A stretch of 64,000 bases of DNA from the NCBI RefSeq assembly GCF_009914755.1, contig NC_060930.1. The stretch is one strand, 5' to 3'. Below are positions 1 through 14,990 of this stretch, in pieces. Position numbers and translations under genes: made by a program. How positions within the stretch are numbered: position 1 is the first letter of the stretch; each line of letters starts with the position of its first letter. The stretch is from the human T2T-CHM13v2.0 reference genome, Homo sapiens. A model generated the notes under the pieces. That model ran no database searches and was not told the origin of the DNA. It saw only the letters and a list, made by a program, of their open reading frames with translations.

Positions 1-694
1 TGGCGAAATCGAGGCAGAAAAAGAACTAAACTAATGAAGTCATCAAAGCCGGGTAGTGTGTACATGGACATTGATTATGCTACTTTAAATATCTAACTGG
101 ATGTCTGGAACTTTTCATAATAAAAAACTCTAGATGAAACCTTTAAAGTACATCTAAAAATAACCTTGGAAAAGGCTGAATAAAAATTCAATAACGTATA
201 GACCTGAGTTTGTGAACATATATGAGCATGAATGTAGTCTGGAGAAGGAAAACCTTCCAATACAACCACTAATTAGTAGACATAACTTATCTGAGTAGTA
301 TAGCATGAAACTTTGTAAATTTTGATGCTTTCAGAATAAGCTGAAAGAAGCCATGAAATATTATCTATTCAATTTCTTACTTGTAGATGAGGCAGTTACC
401 AGTCCAGAAGATGTGAAGTATCTTTTAGGAGCTCAGCATAGTGTGTATGAAGCTCAGATAGCTGTGATTTCATAATTTATATTAAAATTGATGCAGATTG
501 GTATTTTCTGGTTTTTTGCAGCTGCTGTATTAATCCAAACATCCTTGCTGGGTCAGCTTCTAGTGGCTATGAGACTATCCATCTTCCAATGAGGTGCCAG
601 GGAAGAATCAGTCTCATTGATAATGAGACACGATCAGAAATTTTCATTTCACAAATAATATTATCCTTATTGGCCGGAGGTGAATTCCAAGTAA

Positions 695-830
695 ATATTC
701 ATTGATTCTTCGTCGAACAACTCTTGAGTGTACACTTACTATGCGTAACGCCAGGGGCCATAGAGAAATCATAAATGAATCAGACAGGGATTCTGCCTTC
801 CTGGAGCTTGCAGAAGAAATAAGATGCACA
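695..830 (-). mobile_element. L2 (LINE-2) 3' end fragment, highly diverged
   Basis: attcattgattcttcgtcgaacaactcttgagtg...actatgcg...gattctgccttcctggagcttgcag resembles the reverse complement of the L2 3' end; boundaries approximate. Confidence 0.45.
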
Positions 831-1021
831 CCAACAAACCAAGTAGATGTAGAAAGAGCCAAGTGAGCAGAGAGCAACCAAAGAGGTATAAAAAAAGAAA
901 AAGAGGAGGTGGCTTGGAATCAAAGAGGCCAAAGCCTGGAGTGTTTGAGGAATCCAAGCAGCTGCTCGGCTGCAGATGAGAATTGAAAGCACCTGCATAC
1001 ACACAGCCTACCTACTGGGGC

Positions 1022-1512
1022 TGAGAACTGAGACCACTGAGACCTAATTATTTGTTCCAGAAGAATTCTGCCCTGGAAGATAAGCTTGTAAAGCAATAAA
1101 TAACTTCACTGTTTGCTTGAAGAAACTCCTGCAAATAATTTAACCAGACAGTTTGCTCATCTGAGTAGCCATCTCTCTTAACAGGAAATCAGACGGTTCA
1201 CCTGGGCAATAATAGCTCTTGTATAAGACAACAGTTTCCTTATGAAGGCTTCCTTAGGACTTTGTCTCACTGTGTCCACTGACCCCAAACTACTATGTCA
1301 TTGATCTGCTCAACTCCAATCAGTTTCCCACTTGAAAGATCTGCAATAAGCGCTTAAGCCCAGATCCCCAGGCTCTATGAACACCCTCCCCTGACCTCTC
1401 TTTCCTGTGACACCTCCATGACTGTCCACACGATGGTGTCACTTCCTGCACTAGATCTAATCAGTGCTGCTCTGCAATAGATTTTCTGTGGTCATTTGGG
1501 AGGTTTGAGACA
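1022..1512 (+). mobile_element. Ancient ERV1-class solo LTR (MER89/MER90/MER110/MER67-like)
   Basis: Begins tgagaactgag and ends ...ttttctgtggtcatttgggaggtttgagaca (TG...CA termini, ~490 bp); end resembles this LTR group as I recall it; subfamily uncertain. Confidence 0.45.
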
Positions 1513-3170
1513 GAGGACAAGGTAGAACATGCAGTAACAAAAGATGAAAAACACTTCTCATTTTTCTTATTTGTATGTCATTACAATGTCAAAACAACTT
1601 AAATATTTTGAATTGTGTGTATATTCTTGGCGCTTTGCCTTCACCTTTGAATTTCATAAAGTTCTTCCTTTGTTATTGACCTATATTTTGAGTGATTGTG
1701 ATGATACATTTTACAGGGCAAGTGTTTTCAACATCCAGCATCCCTCAGATCACAAATTTAATTTGGCTGGTCAACACATGAGTGGCCACTGGGAATGGGA
1801 GGCTCTCAGAGTGAAAAGGGATCCTTATCCATTATTTTCTTTCTCCTGCTGCTCTCAAAAGTTTGTCCTTGGTTGACATCAGAGAAAGGAAAGGGAGGAA
1901 GTGAAGGAGATGGAATTTTGTGCTCTCTTTAATATGTTTTTCCACAGATTATGGTGGTTGGTTGGTTACCTGAGTGAAAATGTCAATGTCTAGTTAACGT
2001 TGGGGGAAAGAGAATCTGTGGGACTGTCATCCCCCAAGTGGGTGTAACCAAAAAGGGCACTTAGGTTAGGCACATCCCTGTCAGATAAGGCCTAGTTAAA
2101 TAGGGTCTAGAGGGTCAGCGGGGCACCTAATTATCATGGTTAATGAGGTTTCTTTAGGAGAAAAGAATTCTGAGTTCCAAACAATGTATAGACATGAACA
2201 TTTATGGAACACTCCCCTGTTTATAAACTGGAAACTTGTGTAATTTATATTTGTACCCTATACTTCGCCATAGAGTGTGCTCTGTAAACTGGCCTTCCTT
2301 GTAGGGCATGTTCCTGAATAGGGCATATTCAGGCACTATTAAGTTTGGGAAAATAAATCATATCCAAAACCAGTATTAAATAAATATAAGTCATCGGACT
2401 TTAGGAATTGATGCAATTCCTTAAATGGAGGAATTTCTTAAATGGACACAATTCCTTAAAAATGAGGTAAAGAGAGGGGCTGGGGGTAAAGTGGAATGGG
2501 GCAGGGGAACAGAAAAGAGTTTATAGTTTTACAAGTACTTAATGGTATTTTTTGTTTTTGAATTTTGTATTTTAAATTCATTTCAGTACTTTCCCTTGTC
2601 ACTTTAGTTCTGTGCATTTGGTTTCTTTTATTCATCTTAGCGTAGGCATAACTGCATTCATTACTGAAAGGCATCTTTCAAATTCTTATAAAAAACAAAA
2701 CCCATGTAAGCACTCTAAATATTGCCACTTAAATTCATCACTGCTTTTATATAGCATCCCTGCTTTTATATATTTAGAGTGTATATGCTGGGGTGAGATA
2801 CATTTGAAAGAGATTATGAAAATAAAACAAAAATCCAATTTAAAAGACAACTAATAGCTTCTATGATGCGGGAAAACCCACACAGCTTTGAGTATATTGT
2901 TAATTACACTATGGTTTGATTGCCCAGATCTTTGCATTTTATCACGAGAATTAGTAATTATTCTTTATTTTAATTAGCCAAAATGATGAATCTGAGCACG
3001 TCTCATCTGTCAGAGAGTTTTACCAATGAGCTCAAATTTGCTATCCATGTTTTGCAGTGCAGCATCACAAGTGTTCAACCAGGTGCCTCTAAAACACGAG
3101 ACCTTGAGCCTTGGTATGCGGCTCAGGTGACTGCACCATGGCCCTGGTATAAGCAACTCCAGACAGTTAA

Positions 3171-3530
<360 letters not shown>

Positions 3531-3672
3531 CAAAAATTTGTTTTAAGCAAGCACTTATCAACTAGAAAATGAAGCTCAATAGACACGGATATCGTTGGTG
3601 TGTCAAAGCTGAAGATTATCCTAGGAAAAACTTTCATCTATCTGTGTTTGTGTATTTACAACTTCCTCTATC

Positions 3673-3792
3673 ATCCAGACATGGTGGCTCACACCTGTAA
3701 TCCCAGCACTTTGGGAGGCCAAGGCAGATGGATCACCTTAGGTCAGGAGTTTGAGACCAGCCTGGCCAACACAGTGAAATCCTGTCTCTACT

Positions 3793-3837
<45 letters not shown>

Positions 3838-3980
3838 AGCCAGGCGTGGTGGCATGCCCTTGTAATCCCAGCTACTGGGGAGGTTTGAACCTGGGAGGCA
3901 GAGGTTGCAGTGAGCCGAGATTGTGCCACTGCACCAGCCTGGGCAACAGAGTGAGACTCTGTCTCAAAAAAAAAAAAAAA
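3673..3980 (+). mobile_element. Alu (AluS) with (AC)n in the central linker and a short right-arm deletion
   Basis: ggtggctcacacctgtaatcccagcactttgggagg...gtgagactctgtctc followed by poly(A); linker replaced by an AC repeat. Confidence 0.95.
3795..3832. repeat. (AC)19 microsatellite inside the Alu linker
   Basis: Perfect dinucleotide run. Confidence 0.95.
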
Positions 3981-5170
3981 GTTTCTCTATGTATCAATTT
4001 TTATTTTAAGAACTTTCATAGGCATGAGTAAAGCTACTGCAGTGAAAGAACCTGTCAAAGGTCATTTCACTACTTCTGTGCTGTCCTTTTGGTCTAAGTT
4101 CACAAAGTGTTTGTCTCCATTGTATTTGCTGTTTTTGTGTTTGGTTATTTAGTGACTTTAAAAATGTCAATTAACTACCATGCCCAATAAGTACATAAGC
4201 AAAAGGAGTTTTTTTGAGAAGTGTTGAGAGAGAAGAGGCCTGGAATCTAAAAACACAGATAATGTGCTGAACGGAAGAAGGTCACGGAAGAGGATATGCT
4301 GAAGTCTGAGGTTTGAGTCACTGGACAATCAGAAGCAAAGACTTACTTATGGACAAGGTGAAGGGCGTTGGGCCTATGTCATCAACAGTGAGCAAGAGAC
4401 AGGAAATAGAATGGAAGAAATGAAGGAAAAATGGAATCGCTGGCCTGAGAATGAACATCAGCAATTGGTGTTGACTCAGAAGGCTGAGATTCTGTTTGAG
4501 GACTTAAAGGTGAGGGATGGGAAAGTGGTCCTGCCGAGCTGCTAGTGCAGAGGGTGTGGAAGCCATGCTAAGCTAGTGAGTTCTGACAAGGGCTCCTTTC
4601 CTGCTTCAGGTTTTATCACCCACTCAATATTTACTGCGCAGAGAGCTGAGGACACACATTAATGAAACAGTCCACTCTTCACAGTGCTTAGGGCGTCCTT
4701 CGCTCATACTTCTTTGAACATATCCACTCTCTTGTCTATTTTACATTATAACACCTCCAGATCAGAGAAGGAGTTTTTGACTTAACTTGTTACTCCCCAG
4801 CTCACCGTGCCCAGAGCTCCACGCATGACTGAATGGTGAATTTGGAATCATTGCTTTCATCTACTGGTTTTTACCAAAGTGTAAAGTGCATTTTCTAAAT
4901 GGCTCTCTGGCTCACAGAAAGTAACAGTTTTAAAGGAGATATTTTAAAAGGTAGAATTTCCAATGACAACCCAATTCTTTGGATAATTCGTCTTATTTTA
5001 TAATAGCAGAAACATTCCTATATGAGAACACCAACTCTTGTTAAAACATTGAGATTACCTTGAAACAATTTAGAGTCTCTAAAGTTGAAAGTTCTTCTTT
5101 GAAGATCTATACATTACAATGTTGGGCGCAGCAGATATAATCTGAACTAGGAAAGACTGCATCTGCAGAC

Positions 5171-5486
<316 letters not shown>

Positions 5487-5730
5487 TGCAGACTATTATT
5501 AATTTTATAATAAGGATAAATGAAACCAGACGTAAGTGTCATACATGCATGAATTGAGTTCAGAGCTGTCGTCTTATGACTCAGATCCATGTTCACCCAG
5601 GTTGGGAAGCTCAATGCTGCATCCATGTAGCTGATCCCAGCATAGGCCTGACATAGGAAAAAGACTATGGGAGCCCTTGTGCCAGTGACTAAATTCCAAC
5701 CAGCATCTTTCCAGTGAGATGGCCTATTCC

Positions 5731-5731
<1 letters not shown>

Positions 5732-5780
<49 letters not shown>
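5732..5780. repeat. (CA)~24 microsatellite
   Basis: Perfect dinucleotide run. Confidence 0.97.
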
Positions 5781-5781
<1 letters not shown>

Positions 5782-6299
5782 TTTGTAAGATCTTGAAAAC
5801 CATAAACCAAAATAGATCCATGATTTACTGGTTAATTTTTTGATGATGAACTATAGAGCATTACCAAAAAGCCTAAAATGTTTTTCTGTTTGACTTTCAT
5901 GCCTTACTTTTTTTCTTTCTGGTGATATGATGTCACTCTGAGCACACAGGGCATAGGTTATATATAGTTCCTTTAGATTCTCTTTAAAACTTTCAGGAAC
6001 AATGAAAAATAATATATCGACTAGGTAGCAGTTAGGACAAATGGTGTTAAGCTGTTCTAAAAAGACAATGTTTAAGCTAAAAAACACATCTTGGGATAAG
6101 AAATAAAGAAAATTCAGTTACATAATGGCACTATCAGGGTATAGCATCAAGGCATATGTATTTTTCTCTTCTCTTCTTAGAAGCGTTGGTGTCAGATTAT
6201 CATTTCCAGGTTTTTTTTTTCCTATTTAGGAGAAGTTCAGGAAATGCTTAATATTTACAATTCCCTTTTTAAAGGTGTTTTTCAAAATTAAAATAGCTT

Positions 6300-6815
6300 T
6301 GTTTTCATTGCCATTATAAAATATTAAAATAGTTGAGAAAGGTAGAAATTAGCAATTTTACCACCCAGAGACAGTCACCAGTATTTTTTTATGAATCATC
6401 TCCTAGATAACTCATTGCATGCCCTTACATCAATACACATAGGATATTAAAGATGTTGCATCATACTATGCATGACATTCTGTAACTTGTTTTTTCCACC
6501 TAATAATAGGAATGGGCATCATTTCATGTCAAATGATACAGACATACATCATCGTTTTTAATGGCTACGCACCTTTGCAATATCCTTGAGGCAAACCCTA
6601 ATGATCATATTGGTGTCAGTGAGTCACCTAGACATGCATATTTGCAAACCATTCAGAGGCATTAAATTGGACACACTCCCCAAAGTGCGACTACCACCGG
6701 GTTAAAGTATCGTTCCATTTAACATTTCCATCATTCCTGCCAAAACACTCTTCAGAATTTGTCTACAAACTTAACACCACCAATCACAGTGAGGCCAATG
6801 TCCCCCAGTTTCCCA
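6300..6815 (-). mobile_element. Old L1 (L1ME-like) 3' fragment
   Basis: ccacccagagacagtcacc...ttctgtaacttgttttttccacctaataa...tttcatgtc...tttttaatggct matches typical antisense L1ME 3' region motifs; boundaries approximate. Confidence 0.55.
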
Positions 6816-8771
6816 GAGTATTAGAGACACAACCCTCCCCTCCTTGGTTGTATGTGTATTCATCTCTTCTTCCTTCCTGAGATGAAGCTTGGCATCACTC
6901 CACTCTGAAAGAAATGAGAACCGTTTTTGCATTTCACCTTAATCAGATCAAATTAGGACAGGTGGCAACCCTGCAGGCAACATAATTATGAAAAATGTCT
7001 GTGCTCAATACAGCCTGTCCTTCCAGCTTCCCAATCAAATAGGACACCAGAGCCCAACCTTTCTATTTCAGCTGGTGACTCATAGAGCAGTCACCCACAT
7101 AATTGCTCTGAATATAATGGTGCTGCAAAATCTGAAATTAAACATAATATAAAAAGCACAAAAATCTATTTTGTAAGATTAGTTAATTTAATATAATAAT
7201 AGTTCTTCTATTATAATCTTCATGTGCCAAATTGGGGGAAAAAACCTTATGGCTGGCCTGTTATTAGAAGAAAATCTTTTAACATATCCCCCTTACACTT
7301 GCCATCCAAAGGTAAAAAGAAATGATGTTGAGGATTTCCTGGTTTTATTGTAAGAGAGTAGCTGTTGTCCCTCCAATAAAAAGTGTGCAATGAATATCTG
7401 TTTAAATAGATTTGAGATAAGCTGAAGCTGGATACAAAACTCCATTATACAACAGGGGGATCCTACATCCAGCTTCATTTAGGATATTGCTTCTCAGAAG
7501 ACATCCCGAACACCTCAATAACAAATGTTATATTGAAAATGTGCTCAGTAACAATTGCGGGATGAGTCTCTGTGCAGCGATTTTTCAGCATGTCAAAATT
7601 ATACTATCACACCATGGAAACAAATTAAACAGCACAAGCCTGGCTGCCGGGATGGCTGTATTAGCAATGCAGTGCTATTTCATAAAGAATGCATTGCTTC
7701 AGATCTGTCAATGAATGTCAACAATGGCTTCTCCATTTGTATGAAGCCCAATTTGTATTTGGAGAAAAACCAAACAGAACACTTCAGAATCTGGTTCCAT
7801 TTCTTCCCAACATTTAGATTAAAAGAAAAAAGCCCGGTTATCTAATTTATCTGTAGTCAGCGTTCCTTTTCTAGGGAGGCACTTGGGAGGAAGCCTCAGA
7901 GTGTGAGTTAAGCACTAACATTCTCTTTCTGAAGCACACGGGCACCATTAAATGCTTACTGACAGCTCAGAGAAAACACAATCTATGTGCTACACATTGT
8001 ACAAGAAGGTTTTGTTGATATATTAGATTCATATATGTGAGCTTTGGTTTTCTTGTATTTGTGAAACGTGGCTTAGCTGTGTATTATGGCTTTTTGTGAC
8101 TAATGAGTGGGTCTTGCTTCAGAAATGATTACAGTTATGTCAGAATAATGTCAAATAATCAGTATTAGTAGATGAGCTCTTAGAAAACAGAAGCCCTCTT
8201 TTGCAGATAGATATGTCATACCAAAGAGAAATTAAAACCCAAGACTATACTAAACGCCAAATAGAGTCTGCTATATTCACATCTCAAATTTTGTGTATCT
8301 AACAATTAAGTTAAATAGTGATTGTCAATTAAATAGCGTTCAAATTGTAGCTCAAACCGAATAAGAATTTCTTGTCCCTGGAGTGGATGTATGTAGACAT
8401 CAACATTTTAAGACACAAAGGGATGATGAGTTTCAGGCTTTGTTGCAGAAGTTTGGACAGCCGTTTGGCTCTTCCCTAGCAGTCCTGAAACACATGAAGT
8501 AGGTGGTCCTCCTGCCTCTTGCCTTTTTATTTTCTACAGCTGGCTCGATTACAGCTCTGAGGACTTGACACAGCAGAAGACAACCCAGCCAGGCAGCAGG
8601 TTCAATACACAGCTGAAATCTCACTGACCTCTACATATTTGGCTCCAGTAACCTCTTATGTATGTATTTATTTTTTAAGATCATGTTCTCAGTCTCCATA
8701 AGGGTAAATTTGTAAGGAAGAATTTCTTTAATTGTTTTTCCAAACATGCAATTCTGTGCCTCAATCGCTTC

Positions 8772-9069
8772 TTTTTTTAAAAAAAAGAACAGTTAGGGTG
8801 TCACTCTGTCACCCACTGTTGAGATCATAGCTCACTGCAGCCTCAAACTCCTCAGCTCCTGGGAGCAATCCTCCCTCCAGCTTCAGCCTCCAGAGTAGCT
8901 AGGACTGCAGGTATCTGCCACCATGCCTAGCTAAGTTTTAAATTTTTTATATAGAGACAGGATTTTGCTATGTTGCCTAAGCTGATCTAGAACTCCTGGC
9001 TTCAAGTGATCCTCCCACCTCAGCCTCCCACAGCACTGGGATTACAGGTGTGAGCTACTGTGCTCAACC
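8772..9069 (-). mobile_element. AluJ (diverged)
   Basis: gatcatagctcactgcagcctcaaactcct...tgctatgttgcc...gatcctcccacctcagcc are AluJ-type diagnostics. Confidence 0.9.
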
Positions 9070-10394
9070 TGCACCTTTGGTTTTGTCACTATATTGCCAT
9101 AGCAAAATTCAGGTCAGTGGGACTTGAGTTTTGGTTTTCTCCACTGAGTTCCACGTTCTTGCTCACGTTTACTCCAGCTACCCTGGTGTAGAAATGAAAT
9201 TACCCCAGTCCTCATGATGCAAGCGCTTATTCTGTGCCAACACCTTAAGCTCCGTTTCTAAATGAGATTTTGTGAAACGAATCAATCAATCAATATTAAA
9301 ACTCAAGACTAAAATCTGTCTTTGATTTTTGTTCTTCCTACTGCTATTTCCACTGAAAAAAAAATTCTCTTTCATGTGTCCATGGGTAGAATATCCTTGC
9401 ATTCTTTCTGTTGAAATAGTATGGTTCTAGTATTCACTAGCTATGAGATATTAAAGAACGGAAGCCATCTTCCTCATTATGTTTTATAACAGAGAAATAT
9501 AACTCCCCAATTTACATCTAAGTTCATCTTAATAGTGCTTTCTACAAAAAGTTCCTGAAGAATTACAACAGTTGGCCATTCTGCAAAGTGCCAAGGGACT
9601 GATTCTGAATCCAGAGCAACAACAACCAATTATGAAGAAATGGTCTCTGTGGCTAGTATGGTCTAGACACTAGCAAGCTACATATAATGAGACTGCTCTC
9701 TCCTTTCAAAGGCTGTGATTTAAATTTATAGGTGGGGTCAATGGGTTAATTTTCACTGCCTTGTTTTCACTACACTTACCGCTATTGAGGGGCCTTAAAA
9801 TAGCTCTGCTATCAGAACTCACTAATCCAAATCAGTTTATAAAAACACTCTCAGATTAACAAATCAATGATACTTACACACCACAAAATTGGTTACCACT
9901 TAAAGGCTTTATTCTGACTAGATTTATAGCCTGCATAAATCCCATTCTCATGTAATTTAGATGGAAGACAAGCAAGAGGTATCTCTGCTGTCTACTCACA
10001 GCAGTGTAGGCCAAAAAGGAGAGCGATTCTTTATTATTGATGTTTAGCAGCTTGTGTTTAAAAGCTATAAAGAAGACGCAATGAAAATACAATAGATCAA
10101 TTCCTAAATTTCCAGTATAGTTTACAAAATTTTAAGAGGGATTAAGGATGCTAGTAATTAACTTAAAAATAAGGGCATCATTATATGTCTGTGTAACAGA
10201 GATCTTTTCAGAAACAAAAAATCAAGATTTTTTTCTTTTCCAACTATAAATAAAGCAAAGCCTGTTTCAGATAAAATTCATCTGCCAAATACTTTAATGC
10301 TATCCTGAGGTTAAGAATGATGAAATAAGTTTGAACATTCTTATGGTAAAATGAAGGCTATTTAAAGATGAGTTTCATTCCTGCTTTTTTTTTT

Positions 10395-10541
10395 AAAAAA
10401 AACTTTTATTTCTATAAGTTTTTGGGAAACAGGTAGTATCTGGTTACATGAGTAAGTTCTTTAGTGGTGATATGTGGGATTTTGGTGCACCCATCACCCA
10501 AGCAATATACACCGAACCCAATGTGTAGGCTTTTATTCCTC
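10395..10541 (-). mobile_element. L1PB-type 3' end, severely 5'-truncated
   Basis: ggttacatgagtaagttctttagtggtgat...tttggtgcacccatcacccaagca matches the L1PB 3' UTR; flanked by near-duplicate tcattc(c/t)tg(c/t)tttt at 10375 and 10542. Confidence 0.85.
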
Positions 10542-10855
10542 TCATTCTTGTTTTTTTAAAGGTGTTTTGAACACATAAAACTCACTGTATCTAATATATT
10601 CTGAGCATTGGATTCTAGTAACATCACCTCTTAAGATGTAAAATCTCTTCATTTTAGTCTCTGTTGAGAATTAAAGACTGGTAAAACCAGTAATGTTTTT
10701 AGAAGCATATATTGCTGTCTGAACTTGGGATTTCTGATTCAAAATTCAGAGTAAAATTTTAGCTCTTGGGACTGCTACAGAAATATTCTATAAGCATTAA
10801 TAAGACCATGTCAATAGAGCGTTAATTATTAGGATTAAAAATTTACTCTATGGGG

Positions 10856-11144
10856 GGCTGGGCGCGGTGGCTCATGCCTGTAATCCCAGCACTTTGGGAG
10901 GCCGAGTCGGGTGGATCACAAGGTCAGGAGTTCGAGACCAGCCTGGCTAACATGGCAAAACCCCGTCTCTACTAAAAATGCAAAAATCAGCCAGGCGTGG
11001 TGGCTCATGCCTATAATCCCAGCTACCTGGGAGGCTGAGGCAGGAGAATTGCCTCAGGAGGAGGCAGGTTGTGGTGAGCCGAAGAGGCGCCACTGCATTC
11101 CAGCCTGGGCAACAAGAGCGAAACTCTGTCCCCTCGCCAAAAAA
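10856..11144 (+). mobile_element. Alu (AluS)
   Basis: ggctgggcgcggtggctca...; TSD aaaaatttactctatggg at 10837-10854 and 11145-11162. Confidence 0.95.
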
Positions 11145-11440
11145 AAAAATTTACTCTATGGGTATCAATAATCAATGTGTTATTCTAACTCATTCTGTGC
11201 CTCATTCAGTAAAAGGCTATGAAGCAATTTAAGGATATTTGCAACAAACAAGTTGGTTTGCTGGTGTTGCTCTTGCTTTTTTTAATGAAGGGAAGACTGG
11301 AAAAGGGAAAGTGATGGCAATAAAAGTAAGGGCAAACTGGGAGGTGGGGCTGGACCTCTCGGTGCATACCGTAAAGCCCCATGATACTGATCCATGTGAG
11401 CCACCAACTTGGTTCTGAGTTTCCCAGCAATCAGAACAAA

Positions 11441-11533
11441 GAGGGCACCACAATCCCTAGAAAATACACCCAAAGTGGTTTTTGAGAGGACACCATCATC
11501 TCTAGAAAATAAACCCAAAGTGGCTCTTGAGAG
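11441..11533. repeat. Two-copy 45-bp tandem duplication
   Basis: gagggcaccacaatccctagaaaatacacccaaagtggtttttga / gaggacaccatcatctctagaaaataaacccaaagtggctcttga. Confidence 0.9.
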
Positions 11534-11562
11534 AAGGACAGAACTTAATTTTGGCACAAGCC

Positions 11563-11725
11563 TAGGACTGCCAGATTTAGCAAATAAAAATACAGGACAC
11601 CCAGTTAAATTTGAGTTTCAGTAAAGTACCAAGTCCTTTTTTTTTAGCCTAAGCCTGACCCAGATATTTTTGTTAACCTGAAATGCAAATGTAACCGGTA
11701 TCCTCTAGTTTATCTGGCAGCCTTA
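11563..11725 (+). mobile_element. MER53 (hAT-type MITE)
   Basis: taggactgccagatttagcaaataaaaatacaggacacccagttaaatttga...ttatctggcagcctta; palindromic element with terminal inverted repeats. Confidence 0.85.
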
Positions 11726-12515
11726 CCAAGCCATAATTCAGAGAGAATATTTGTAACAGAAGGCCATTTGTAGCATGTAGTTTTAGTTCTTGGTTTCTTA
11801 AGGAATGACTAGAATGAGAAATAGTATATTTCCTAGAAACAAAAGCTTCTAATTTCAACAACATCAGGACATAGTATACGGCATGCCGTCAAGAAACCTG
11901 CTGAAATACACCAGCAGATCTGAGCAGGAGCAAGTGCTGCAGAAGCCAGGGTAAGGAGGACGCGCAGAGACGCCCCGCTGCTGAGAGCGCCTGTGCTTCA
12001 GGGTCCACTGCAGGTCTGCACACCACAGGGTGGGTCACACCTGAGACACCCGTATTTTAATTCCTTTCTCCCGTAAAGCCCTCACCTCACTCCACTCTAA
12101 GGATTTAGTCGGTGAAAAATAAGATTATACTTCAGACAAGGTTCAACCAAACATCATCAAATAAACCTATTCTAAGAAATGAGGAGTATCTGTATTCGAT
12201 GGTAGAAGTTTGAAAGGAAATACAGATTTTTTTTTTTTTCCTTTCAAAGAGCTTGTTAAATTTGATCTCCCTCTTCAGGTAGATAACTCGTGGTCAAAGT
12301 TTTCAAAAGTTTCGACATGTAAGAAAGAGGAAAATACATGTAAGGCACACAAAAACCATCTATTTTGTGTATGTAATTCCAAAGGATTTTGCTTCTTTCA
12401 TGGAATTGCATAGAGATGTTTGTCTTATTTTCAGACACTGATAAGCCATTATCAGTATCATCTTTACCTGTGCACATGTTTTTTGTTGAATTTCCTTTAA
12501 AATACAATGAATTGA

Positions 12516-12838
<323 letters not shown>

Positions 12839-12919
12839 TAGAGTATTAAATTCTGAAATGCAATTATAATTTTATTTAGGATATATTTTACATCTAATTA
12901 AATAAATATCCTAAAATTA

Positions 12920-14045
<1,126 letters not shown>

Positions 14046-14670
14046 AAGAAAAAGACATTTCCTTTGGTAAAAAAAAGTCACTCAGTATCACTAGGGGAGG
14101 CATCCACTTTGTTTTAAAGCTTACTGGGCCTGAAGGAAATGACACTCGAACAGCACAGCCAGCTATAGCTACAGCACAGAAAACCACCTCCACCCTCTCC
14201 CACAGGAGGGCTCCCCGGCTAGAGTTTTCTGAATACTTACTGGATAGTTCAATGTTGTTTTTTTGTTTGTTTTGTTTAGCTTTGCCTTGTTTTTTGTTTT
14301 TTACAGCTGAGAAAATTTGAGTTTCCACAACATCCACAGACAATCTGGACCATAATCAAGTCAGTGCAGTCTAAAGCAATGTTTCAAATATCCGAAGGTA
14401 AGGCCAGTTCTTTATTTTTTGATTGCTACTGAAACTAATTGAATAGTGTTATGAATGGAGTCAAATGATGTGCTTAATCAACTGAATATCCAATAATTCT
14501 GTACAGCCTATTCTATGTTAGTTTTCTCTAACTATAAGATATTCTAATGGAGAACAAGGAAAGGAATAATGCCATTTTTACCCGGCCCTTTAGAAGACAA
14601 GGTAAACTCATCTTTTCTAACAGGATATTGAATATGCATTTTTTTTTTAAGAATCCAAGCCTTACCTGTA

Positions 14671-14990
14671 CGGTTGTCCCTTGGCGTCCAAGGAGTATTG
14701 ATTCCACTACTCCTTTGGGATGCCAAAGTGACAATTGCTCAAGTCTCTGATATACAATGATGTAGTATTTCTATATAACCTATGCACATCCTCCCATATA
14801 CTTAAAATCATCCCTAGATTATGTATATCTAATACAAAGTCAATGCTATGTAAATAGTTGTTATATTGCAATTTTATTTGTATTATTTTTATCGTTGTGT
14901 CATTTTTTATGTTCATTTTTTCCAAATATTTTCTATCTGCAGTTGGGTGACTCCTCAGTTGTGGAACCCATAGATACAGGGGGTTGACAG
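14671..14990 (+). mobile_element. MER2 (TcMar-Tigger non-autonomous DNA transposon)
   Basis: ta|cggttgtcccttgg...tataacctatgcacatcctcccatatactt...gtggaacccatagatacagggggttgacag; inverted termini. Confidence 0.85.
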
